DNA from: an uncultured virus (IMG/VR IMGVR_UViG_3300027832_000007)
Taxonomy: Duplodnaviria; Heunggongvirae; Uroviricota; Caudoviricetes
Virus record (IMG/VR): IMGVR_UViG_3300027832_000007
Direction: 5' to 3' (one strand)
DNA length: 64,000 nucleotides
In this document: piece after piece, positions 8,785 to 17,120 of the stretch
How the letters are laid out: the number at the start of each line of letters is the position of its first letter
Position numbering within the stretch: position 1 is the first letter of the stretch
Program-made: the position numbers and the translations under genes
Notes under the pieces: generated by a model
Told to the model about the DNA's origin: nothing
What the model saw: only the letters and a program-made list of their open reading frames with translations
The model's database searches: none

Positions 8785-10260
8785 ATGAAAATAACTAAAA
8801 ATAAATATAATACTGAATCATTTATTAAAATTTGTGAAGAAATTCATAATAAAGAATATAATTACGATAAGTTAATATATTTAGATATTAATACAAAAAT
8901 AATTATAACATGTGTTAAACATGGTGATTTTAAACAATCACCTAATAATCATATACATGGCCAAGGTTGTCCTATTTGTGGTAAATCAAAAAGTAAAAAA
9001 AATTCAACAACTGATGAATTTATAAATAAAGCTAAAATTATTCACGGTAATAAATATGATTATTCCAAAGTTAAGTATTCCGACAGTAAAACAAAAGTTA
9101 AAATAATATGTTTAGAACATGGTGAGTTTGAGCAAATACCCAGCGGTCACCTTAGAGGTAAGGGTTGTGTAAAATGTGGTAAAAAATCAGCTAAAGAAAA
9201 ACTAAGTAATAGTGTTGGATTTTTAGTTGAAAAAGCTGGTGAGGTTCATAATAATAAATATGATTATTCATCAGTAAATTACGTTAATGCACACACCAAA
9301 ATAATAATAAAATGTCCTACACATGGTGAATTTACACAATTACCTTACGACCATTTAAGTGGTCATGGGTGTAATAAATGTGCATCATCTATATCTAGTT
9401 ATGAGGTTGAGATTAATGAATTCATAAACTCACTAGACGTTTCAACTATTACTTCATCAATGTCTATAATAAAACCACAACAATTAGATATTTTCATACC
9501 TTTACATAAAATAGCAATTGAATTCAATGGATTATATTGGCATTCTGAGAATTTTATTGATAAAAATTATCATTTAAATAAAACTAAAGCATGTGAAGAT
9601 ATAGGAATTCAATTGATACATATATTTGAAGATGAATGGGTAAATAAAAAAGATGTTGTTAAATCTAGATTGAGAAACTTACTAGGTGTGACCGAATATA
9701 AAATATATGGTCGTAAGTGTTCGATAAAGGAGATAACTAATAATATCTCTAGAATTTTTTTAGATAAAAACCATTTACAAGGATTCACCAATTCAACAGT
9801 TAAATTAGGTCTATTCCACGAGGAAGAGTTAGTTAGTGTTATGTTATTTAATAAACCTAGAATCGGTATAGGACAAGACTATGATGGGTATGAATTAACT
9901 AGATTTGCTAGTAAATTAAACACTAGCGTTATTGGTGGTGCCGATAAATTACTTAAATATTTCGTTAAAAATACTAAACCAAAAAAAATAGTTAGTTATG
10001 CTGATAAAAGATGGTCAAATGGTGATTTATATGAAAAATTAGGTTTTAAATTAACACATGAGAATAAACCTAATTATTGGTATGTTTTAGGTAAAACTAG
10101 AAAACATAGATTCAATTATCGAAAAAATGCATTAAAAGAAAAAGGTATTGATATAACAAATAAAACTGAACATGAAATAATGTTAAATCTTGGCATATAC
10201 CGTATATATGATTGTGGAACCCTATCATATACTTTAGACTTAAGATTTACTTATCCTTAA
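8785..10260 (+). CDS. Homing-endonuclease-like protein: 3x DUF723-like Zn repeats + Vsr/DUF559-like nuclease + Mom-like GNAT domain
   Basis: Repeats of YDYS.V.Y...K..I.C..HG.F.Q.P..H..G.GC..C, then LDIFIP...AIEFNGLYWH...IHIFEDEW, then NHLQG...YELTRF...IVSYADKRWSNGDLYEKLGF. Antisense to the surrounding operon. Confidence 0.8.
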   Translation: MKITKNKYNTESFIKICEEIHNKEYNYDKLIYLDINTKIIITCVKHGDFKQSPNNHIHGQGCPICGKSKSKKNSTTDEFINKAKIIHGNKYDYSKVKYSDSKTKVKIICLEHGEFEQIPSGHLRGKGCVKCGKKSAKEKLSNSVGFLVEKAGEVHNNKYDYSSVNYVNAHTKIIIKCPTHGEFTQLPYDHLSGHGCNKCASSISSYEVEINEFINSLDVSTITSSMSIIKPQQLDIFIPLHKIAIEFNGLYWHSENFIDKNYHLNKTKACEDIGIQLIHIFEDEWVNKKDVVKSRLRNLLGVTEYKIYGRKCSIKEITNNISRIFLDKNHLQGFTNSTVKLGLFHEEELVSVMLFNKPRIGIGQDYDGYELTRFASKLNTSVIGGADKLLKYFVKNTKPKKIVSYADKRWSNGDLYEKLGFKLTHENKPNYWYVLGKTRKHRFNYRKNALKEKGIDITNKTEHEIMLNLGIYRIYDCGTLSYTLDLRFTYP

Positions 10261-10615
10261 GTATTTTATTAGCTATATCTAACATATCTAAACTATAACC
10301 TAAATTATTTTCTTTTGAATATCTATTGAAATTATCAGCTATAATATCAGTTTTATATAATAATTTATTAGACGCATCATCCATACCTTTATTAGTTAAA
10401 GACTCAATAAACTCTTTTATTTTTTCAGAATCCTCCAACGCATTCTTGATTGCACCCATAGTAGATTTACTCTTAACTGCATTGTTTGCTATATTCTCAT
10501 TTTGACCAGTCAACTTTATATCCATTACTTTTGCGAGACCTAATAAAATATCATCTGAGTTTTCAAATAATAATATAGACTTATATTGATTTTCCGTTAT
10601 AATTAACTTTATCAT
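10247..10615 (-). CDS. Small late protein with KLIITE-type leader
   Basis: 122 aa, begins MIKLIITENQY. ATATTTAT motif at 10628-10635. Confidence 0.65.
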   Translation of the reverse strand: MIKLIITENQYKSILLFENSDDILLGLAKVMDIKLTGQNENIANNAVKSKSTMGAIKNALEDSEKIKEFIESLTNKGMDDASNKLLYKTDIIADNFNRYSKENNLGYSLDMLDIANKILKDK

Positions 10616-10645
10616 TTTCTTTTACTAATAAATATCTATTAAAAC

Positions 10646-10675
10646 AAAAAAAAAACCTCGAAAATTCGAAGGTTT
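10646..10675 (-). terminator. Intrinsic terminator
   Basis: aaacc-tcgaa/ttcga-aggttt hairpin with A10 run, downstream of ORF 10698-12251. Confidence 0.65.
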
Positions 10676-10692
10676 AATTTTTTAAGTTTATA

Positions 10693-10733
10693 TTTTTTTA
10701 GACATTATCAAATGAAGCACCAGTATTCATTAT
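10693..10733. repeat. 41-bp direct repeat, copy 1 (duplicate of the sheath 3' end)
   Basis: tttttttagacattatcaaatgaagcaccagtattcattat is identical to 12371-12411. Confidence 0.95.
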
Positions 10734-12251
10734 TATAAGCTCGAATCTCATAGAACCACAATCCCAAATTCTATCATAACCTTTTAACTCCATTATCTCC
10801 TTTTCACTTAATCTAACATCATAACCATCTTTAACCAAAACATCTTTTCTATAATTAAATCTATGATATCTATTATTAAACTCACCCACCTTAAGGTACC
10901 AATAATTTGGTAAGGTATTACCAATGTACTTAAAACCATTTTTATTATACACAGTATTCATTGGGTCTATACCAGACCATCTTATGTCAGCATACGTTGT
11001 TATTTTATATGGTTTATAATCAGTGATGAAATTCTTTAATAACTTAGAAAACCCACCAATAACGGTAGTATTAATTTTATTAACGAACCTAATTAATTCA
11101 AAAACATTCTCAGTCGTCTTATTATGACCTAAAACTTTACGTTCTTTACCAAAAGTCATTAAACTAACTAATTCCCCATCATAATATAAACCTAATCTTA
11201 TTTTATCAACGCAATTACCTTGAATATGATTATCATCTAAAAATTTAGAGCTATCAACCTTATTAACTAATCTAATAATACATTTCCTACCATATATCTT
11301 ATTAGTATTTAATTTCAATAAATTACCTAATCTAGATAAAACTATATCCTTTTTATATAGTATTTCATCTTCAAATATATGAATAAGTTTAATACCCTTA
11401 GAATTAGCTAAATTAGTCTTGTTTAAATGATATTTCTTATCTTTCTGACCATATTTTTCACTATGATAATAATTACCATTAATCTCTAAACCTAAACCAT
11501 TATCACTTAATAATAAATCAATTTCTTTACCATCTAATACAGTTCTATCATTATCTATATGTTTGATATTATTTTCATTAATGAAATCCCTAATACCTTC
11601 TTCTAATTTTGAATTTTTAACTAATGGGTTACATTTACGACATATAGGTATCTTTCCAGAACCTAAAACTGTACTTGTAAATATATTATCACACTTTAAA
11701 CACTTGAAATTATACGGTAATGATGTAGAACCATTCTTATTAACAGAATACTCATCCAATAATTCTAAAAAATTAAGATTAAGTTTAGGTAATAGATTAT
11801 TAATCTGTTTAATTCTTAATGTCTCTTTAAGATTATCAACAAATTCAGTTTTAAACATAGGGTTAGTAACACCATGTACATCTAATAATAAATTTTTAAC
11901 ATTACCCTTAAACTCATCAGTCTTGAATATTGAGTCAACACCATAATTGTCAATCAATTTATTTTTACTAGCAAGTATTCTAGTGTGTTTATTTTCATCA
12001 AGTGAGTTCCACTTTTTCCGACAAATATCAGAACATAACAGTTTATTATGTTTTTTCCTTTCCGTAAATTCAGTCTCACAAATTAAACACTTTCTAACTT
12101 CCCTCAATTCTGAATCAAATTTCCTACCTATTGTTTTATTTTTCCTAGCATGTTCAAAATAACACGTCCTATTACAAAATTTCTTATCTCGGTGCTTAAA
12201 CTCAACCTCAAAATCACCACCACAATTAGTACATATCAATTCTATCTTCAT
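10698..12251 (-). CDS. Homing-endonuclease-like protein: Zn fingers + Vsr/DUF559-like nuclease + Mom-like GNAT, ending in sheath-derived IMNTGASFDNV
   Basis: CxxC...FCxxxC twice, EIDLLL...LEINGNYYH...IHIFEDE, NHIQG...FELIRF...TTYADIRWSG...YNKNGF, and RIWDCG. Confidence 0.8.
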   Translation of the reverse strand: MKIELICTNCGGDFEVEFKHRDKKFCNRTCYFEHARKNKTIGRKFDSELREVRKCLICETEFTERKKHNKLLCSDICRKKWNSLDENKHTRILASKNKLIDNYGVDSIFKTDEFKGNVKNLLLDVHGVTNPMFKTEFVDNLKETLRIKQINNLLPKLNLNFLELLDEYSVNKNGSTSLPYNFKCLKCDNIFTSTVLGSGKIPICRKCNPLVKNSKLEEGIRDFINENNIKHIDNDRTVLDGKEIDLLLSDNGLGLEINGNYYHSEKYGQKDKKYHLNKTNLANSKGIKLIHIFEDEILYKKDIVLSRLGNLLKLNTNKIYGRKCIIRLVNKVDSSKFLDDNHIQGNCVDKIRLGLYYDGELVSLMTFGKERKVLGHNKTTENVFELIRFVNKINTTVIGGFSKLLKNFITDYKPYKITTYADIRWSGIDPMNTVYNKNGFKYIGNTLPNYWYLKVGEFNNRYHRFNYRKDVLVKDGYDVRLSEKEIMELKGYDRIWDCGSMRFELIIMNTGASFDNV

Positions 12252-12289
12252 AAAGTATTATCTTTTTTTAAGTAACTAACGCTACACAC

Positions 12290-12308
12290 ATAAATATATA
12301 CAAATGTA
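12290..12308 (-). promoter_or_regulatory. Adjacent TACATTTG (host-type) and ATATTTAT (late-type) boxes upstream of the nuclease gene
   Basis: caaatgta at 12301-12308 and ataaatat at 12290-12297. Confidence 0.5.
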
Positions 12309-12312
12309 CTAA

Positions 12313-12353
12313 AAAAGAAAAAGGATGCAAATAAATTACATCCTTTTTTCTTT
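12313..12353 (-). terminator. Intrinsic terminator of the sheath gene
   Basis: aaaaaggatg-caaataaatta-catccttttt hairpin just downstream of the sheath stop. Confidence 0.75.
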
Positions 12354-12370
12354 AAAAATTAATTACTTAT

Positions 12371-12411
12371 TTTTTTTAGACATTATCAAATGAAGCACCA
12401 GTATTCATTAT
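12371..12411. repeat. 41-bp direct repeat, copy 2 (sheath 3' end)
   Basis: Identical to 10693-10733. Confidence 0.95.
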
Positions 12412-15192
12412 CACAAATTCTAATTGAATAAATTCTAATGCTCTTGTTGGTTTCAAGAAGATTTGACCAGTTAATTGGTTTCTATCTAAATCTTCTGGGT
12501 CGCTTGAAAGAACCACACGGAAATCTGTTAAACCTCTTTGACTTCTAATGTTATCTAATATTGGGTTTACAAGTGCTAAAAATTGATTTCTCACTGCCGA
12601 ATCATTTTGTTCAAATAATAATCTGATTGAAACTGCAGAAATTAATTTTCTTGCTTGTAATAGTAAACGTCTAACGTTAATTCTATTAAGAGCAGTACCT
12701 TTAACTTGAAGTGTTTTATTACCCCAAATCTTAACACCATCCGTTGTGAATGTAGCGATTGGATTGATTCTAGCTTCATATAAAGTATCTCTCTCACCTA
12801 AAGTAAGTACCTTTCTTGCTTGAATCGCATCAACATCACCTCTCTGTATACCAGCTACTGCGAACCAAGGGAATGAAATATTATCTGTTAATGCTATATT
12901 TCTAACTACGTCACGTGTAGGTGGCATGTATATATATACATTATTTTCAGTATCATTTACTTGAATCCATGGCCAGTAAGTACAAGAGTAATTACTATCA
13001 TATAATCCATCTAAAGCATCAGAGATATCTTCAGCTGTTCTTAAATCACCACCACCATCAGTATCTGGGGTAGTCATTATATATAATGAATCTGCTCTAT
13101 CTTGTTCAATCATTTCGATAGCAGCTTCAATTAAGTTAGAGTTATCGACATTATCAATACCTGGTGTTGCAAATATATTAATATTTGTAGCTTCTGGATT
13201 TCTAAATGTCCAAATAGCTTCTAAATAAGCGTAGTAATCAGAATTAATACCTATATCACCGTTTGTTAAAGTTTTATTTGAGAACGCACCACTTAATAAA
13301 CCATCAGCACCACTAGCACCATTTATTAAAAATGAATCTAAATTACTTCTTCTGCTTCTATAAATATCCCATCCATCAAATCCACCATAAGGTGCGAATG
13401 TAAATTTACGTGCATATACTTTTTCATATGGTCCACCAACAACACCAGCTTCAGTTCTGAAAGTATCATTACCAACGTCAAATGAATAATTTTGGGAACC
13501 AGATACACCATCAATAGTTGCACCAAAAGCATCGATATCCATGTGGAATCCACTTGTCATTCCAGTCCAGAAATCAGACGCACCATCAGAAGGTTTACCT
13601 TTATAATCAAAGAAATCAGAATCAATTCCTACACTGTCAGACAAACCTAAATATACTTTACGTTTATTTTCAAAAGTACTATATTCTGTTTTGTATGTTA
13701 ATTTAGGGTCAACAACATTAGTGTTATTATTTGCTTGATAATCTCTTACTGGAACTCCAAGGAACCCAGATGGGAAAGCATCAGAAATATTAGAAGTATC
13801 GTCTAATTCAATTAATACGAATGAAGATTTTGATGGATATTCACCATCTAAAGTACCAATACGTCTAGAGATAAAATTATTTGATGTTGGGTTTAAATTA
13901 CATTTAGAGAATGACTCCAACACTACTGGTTGTACATCTGTATCTGAGTAAGACCTAACTACTACATCAAATTCTTTAGTATCTAATTTAATATTTCTGA
14001 TTGATATTTTGAATTGCTCATTTGCAGTATTACCATCAGATATTGTCCAAAATCTAAATAATTTCAACACTTTAGTACCACGTAATTCAGAAATAACATA
14101 AGGTGTTACCGCTGGTTGATATTGTGTTAAATAATCATCGTATTTTTCACCATAATTAACAGTTGCTTGATTAATACCTCTAACTTTGTTATCAGAGACA
14201 AATGATTCAAACATTTTACGATAGAATTCCTCAACATATAATGTAGTGCTACCATCTTGCGCTCCTCTACCTAACGCTCTTGGTAAATAATTTTGTTTTG
14301 TTTTATCTAAAGATAATTGGTAATTAAAATTACCCTGAGTTCTTGAAGCACCAGTTAATCCAAAGTTACCATTAACATCACTTATAGAACCAGTTAAAGA
14401 TGGGTCAAATACAACACCAGTTGTACCAGTTACTTCAAATAAAGGTAATTGTGATGCCGTATCTACAGAAGCTCTAGAACGTAATAAAGCAACTACTTTA
14501 TTTTCTACATCTGAATAACCAGAACCAGAACAATTAATTGACGTACCAGAAGTTGTACCAGTAATAAAGTTACCAGTTACATCATTACCAGTAGCCGTTA
14601 CATATAAATTAGCTGATAAACCACTAAATACATCACCAGACTTACGGAATGTTAAAGATATAGCTAAAGTAGCGCCAGTTGGTAAAGTTGATAATATAGC
14701 TAAAGAGCCAGTTAAAGCTCCGTCATTAATTAATGCTTGCATAAGCGCATCACTACTAACAAGAGTAACGTTTGTGTTTGTAGATGTTGCAGTATATGAA
14801 ATTAATTGATTAATATTAGTTGTTGATGTAACACCAGTTGTTGAAGAATCCAAAGCAGCGTCCAAAGTAAGTGCCCACCCTTTACCAGCATGGAACCCAG
14901 AAAAACCTAATACCCTTGTTACGAATAATTGGTTAGATTGTGATAAATATGAATTAGCAATATATGGTAACTCATATTTTGGCGCTCCATTATCCTTTAT
15001 TTTAGTGGCATTTTGACCACCAAAGAAAGACTTAAATTCACCGTAGTTACCTACGAATATTGGCTGGAACGCTGGTCCCATAGTTGTTTCACCAACTAAC
15101 CCCAATGTTGTAACGCCAATTTGACGTGTTATGAACGATAAGTCTCTTTCTGAAGTAAACACTCCTGGACTTACAAATACTCTATTCGGCAT
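12376..15192 (-). CDS. Tail sheath protein (T4 gp18-like), 938 aa
   Basis: Start moved to MPNRVFVSPGVFTSERD (ATG 15192, late motif 15244-15251). C-terminal YWPW, PWFAVAG, RINPI, IWGNKT, RINVRRL and IFLKPTRALEFIQLEF motifs. Confidence 0.95.
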   Translation of the reverse strand: MPNRVFVSPGVFTSERDLSFITRQIGVTTLGLVGETTMGPAFQPIFVGNYGEFKSFFGGQNATKIKDNGAPKYELPYIANSYLSQSNQLFVTRVLGFSGFHAGKGWALTLDAALDSSTTGVTSTTNINQLISYTATSTNTNVTLVSSDALMQALINDGALTGSLAILSTLPTGATLAISLTFRKSGDVFSGLSANLYVTATGNDVTGNFITGTTSGTSINCSGSGYSDVENKVVALLRSRASVDTASQLPLFEVTGTTGVVFDPSLTGSISDVNGNFGLTGASRTQGNFNYQLSLDKTKQNYLPRALGRGAQDGSTTLYVEEFYRKMFESFVSDNKVRGINQATVNYGEKYDDYLTQYQPAVTPYVISELRGTKVLKLFRFWTISDGNTANEQFKISIRNIKLDTKEFDVVVRSYSDTDVQPVVLESFSKCNLNPTSNNFISRRIGTLDGEYPSKSSFVLIELDDTSNISDAFPSGFLGVPVRDYQANNNTNVVDPKLTYKTEYSTFENKRKVYLGLSDSVGIDSDFFDYKGKPSDGASDFWTGMTSGFHMDIDAFGATIDGVSGSQNYSFDVGNDTFRTEAGVVGGPYEKVYARKFTFAPYGGFDGWDIYRSRRSNLDSFLINGASGADGLLSGAFSNKTLTNGDIGINSDYYAYLEAIWTFRNPEATNINIFATPGIDNVDNSNLIEAAIEMIEQDRADSLYIMTTPDTDGGGDLRTAEDISDALDGLYDSNYSCTYWPWIQVNDTENNVYIYMPPTRDVVRNIALTDNISFPWFAVAGIQRGDVDAIQARKVLTLGERDTLYEARINPIATFTTDGVKIWGNKTLQVKGTALNRINVRRLLLQARKLISAVSIRLLFEQNDSAVRNQFLALVNPILDNIRSQRGLTDFRVVLSSDPEDLDRNQLTGQIFLKPTRALEFIQLEFVIMNTGASFDNV

Positions 15193-15297
15193 AGTTTTCT
15201 CTTTTTTTTGTTTTATGTTATTTACTTTATAGTTTTCTTTATTATAAATATTAACAATAATCCAAAAGTAATGTCTTAAAACAAAATATATCTTTTT

Positions 15298-15330
15298 AAG
15301 TATGAATTTAATCATACTTTTATCATACTT
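15298..15330. promoter_or_regulatory. Three TCATACTT boxes (one inverted, two direct), candidate operator
   Basis: aagtatga at 15298-15305; tcatactt at 15312-15319 and 15323-15330. Confidence 0.5.
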
Positions 15331-15345
15331 ATAATAAAAACAGAT

Positions 15346-15498
15346 ATGAAACGTGATAAAAACTTAAAAATTACCCCACAATCACACACATTACTAAAAG
15401 AGTATTGTGAAAAAAATGGCCTTAAAATGTTTGCTTATGTTGAAAAATTAATTAGAGAGTCGTGTACACCAAAAAAAGACTTATATGGTGAAGACTAA
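15346..15498 (+). CDS. Small ribbon-helix-helix-like DNA-binding protein (50 aa)
   Basis: Below the track cutoff: MKRDKNLKITPQSHTLLKEYCEKNGLKMFAYVEKLIRESCTPKKDLYGED. Beta-strand KNLKI followed by a helix-G-helix pattern. Confidence 0.7.
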   Translation: MKRDKNLKITPQSHTLLKEYCEKNGLKMFAYVEKLIRESCTPKKDLYGED

Positions 15499-15975
15499 TT
15501 ATTTTCTTTTTTTGAAGTAAATTTTATCTAATTTTATTTTTGCTTCATAATAATGAAAAGCATCCACAGCGTGTGATTTTTGATTAAATACGAAGTTAAG
15601 AAACCGACTAAACTTTATACCAAACTTATTTAAATCTCCAGATAATTCTAATTTACCCACAGTAGCGGAAACTGTTATATTTTTTTCACTAAACATAGTA
15701 TCCTCTTTAGCAGTTACAATATCTTCTATTATCTCACCATTCACGTTCCAACTCATATCTAAACCCACAGCTGATTCAAATAGAATGTGACCTACACTAG
15801 CTGCAAAACCATCTATTAATCGCCACCAAAAAATAAAGAAAGCGCTAAATTTTTTTAAGGTTACTGTTAACCATATTGAATAAATTAACGAAAATAACAC
15901 ACCTAATGTCCACATAAGGACGGTAACCAAAATAGCCATAATTAAGGTTATTAACCCATTTAATAATTCTTTCAT
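15499..15975 (-). CDS. Hypothetical membrane protein
   Basis: 158 aa with hydrophobic N-terminal helices, then D..WNV...TVSATVGK...HA. Confidence 0.65.
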   Translation of the reverse strand: MKELLNGLITLIMAILVTVLMWTLGVLFSLIYSIWLTVTLKKFSAFFIFWWRLIDGFAASVGHILFESAVGLDMSWNVNGEIIEDIVTAKEDTMFSEKNITVSATVGKLELSGDLNKFGIKFSRFLNFVFNQKSHAVDAFHYYEAKIKLDKIYFKKRK

Positions 15976-15998
15976 AATTCTTTTATAATTAATTTTTA

Positions 15999-16916
15999 TT
16001 AACTGTTTGGATTGGATAATATTGTAATACTTCCTAAATCCTCAACTTTTATTTTTAGAGATTGTGGCAAATCTGAAACTGAAAACACCCCAGCTTGTTG
16101 AGAAGAGGCACGAATAAACGCAGAAGCAAAATCCGAACACGCAACAAAATAACGAGTATGTGTATTTCCAGCCGTTAAGCCAGTTAAAATAAATTCTGCA
16201 GAATATCCGTTACTCGCCCCATCATCATCACCATTCACTCTGAACCAACCGTTAGTTGGTGTTGTTGTTGCTGTTGATAAGTTATGCAAACCAATTCTTA
16301 AATTAGTAGCTGAATTCGTCAGTATAGCGTCGAAATCCATTTTAATAGATACTTTACCACTCTCTGGTGCGATAAATACTACCTTAGCAAATCTATTTGT
16401 TCCATCGCTATTTAAGTTAATCGACGTTGCTGTTAAAGACGTTACAACTGTATGTGTTACCAAAGTTGTCGCTCTTAATTCAGTCATTGCAATTAACGCA
16501 GAACTACCAGCACCATTACTAGAACTAAATCCAGACACACTAAATGTACCACCAGTATTATTGGTAAATGTCGCAGTAGTTGTACCACTTGAATACGTAC
16601 CACCAGTCAATATAATATCTATAGGTAAATTTAAATATGTTGTAGCTGATATTGTTGTTGCTGTTAACCCATTAGTAAAATTAGTTGGACCATTTACAGT
16701 TCCGCCAGTAAACGAACCACCACCACCACCACTACCAAACCCAGACACACTAAATGTACCACCAGTATTATTCGTGAAAATTGCTGTCCCAGCATTATAT
16801 GTACCACCAGTTATAGTCACATCGATAGGTAAACCTAAATAAGTTGTTGCTGAAACACTCATAATAGCTAGGTTACCTTGAATCTTTTCTGCGTTTATAT
16901 TTTTATTTTCTGACAT
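15999..16916 (-). CDS. Thr/Gly-rich virion fibre-like protein with TGGT modules
   Basis: 305 aa, two TGGTY...FTNNTGGTFSVSGF modules. Confidence 0.7.
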   Translation of the reverse strand: MSENKNINAEKIQGNLAIMSVSATTYLGLPIDVTITGGTYNAGTAIFTNNTGGTFSVSGFGSGGGGGSFTGGTVNGPTNFTNGLTATTISATTYLNLPIDIILTGGTYSSGTTTATFTNNTGGTFSVSGFSSSNGAGSSALIAMTELRATTLVTHTVVTSLTATSINLNSDGTNRFAKVVFIAPESGKVSIKMDFDAILTNSATNLRIGLHNLSTATTTPTNGWFRVNGDDDGASNGYSAEFILTGLTAGNTHTRYFVACSDFASAFIRASSQQAGVFSVSDLPQSLKIKVEDLGSITILSNPNS

Positions 16917-16917
16917 T

Positions 16918-17109
16918 TTATATTATTGGTGTGTTAGTGTTGTTATTATTGTCATTATAACCTATTGGTTCGGCTTCGTAAAAATTCCACCCATCAATCG
17001 GAAATGTTAAATCATTTAAATTGTTTAAATTTATATCATATGTTGGCGATGATACACCTAACGGGGCATATAACCAACCTTCTTCTGTGTTTTTATAAAA
17101 TCCGACCAT
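16918..17109 (-). CDS. Small hypothetical tail-associated protein
   Basis: 63 aa, tightly packed in the operon (GFYK...WLYAP...PIDGWNF). Confidence 0.6.
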   Translation of the reverse strand: MVGFYKNTEEGWLYAPLGVSSPTYDINLNNLNDLTFPIDGWNFYEAEPIGYNDNNNNTNTPII

Positions 17110-17120
17110 AATTTATAGTT

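Noticed and set aside
10698..12376. Group I intron in the sheath gene housing the nuclease
   Set aside because: The upstream sheath copy is complete with stop and terminator, and the ~120 bp of non-coding sequence is too short and lacks recognisable P/Q/R/S elements.
15193..15315. 41-aa N-terminal extension of the sheath in the ORF track
   Set aside because: It covers the late motif and operator boxes; MPNRVFVSPGV is the typical sheath start.
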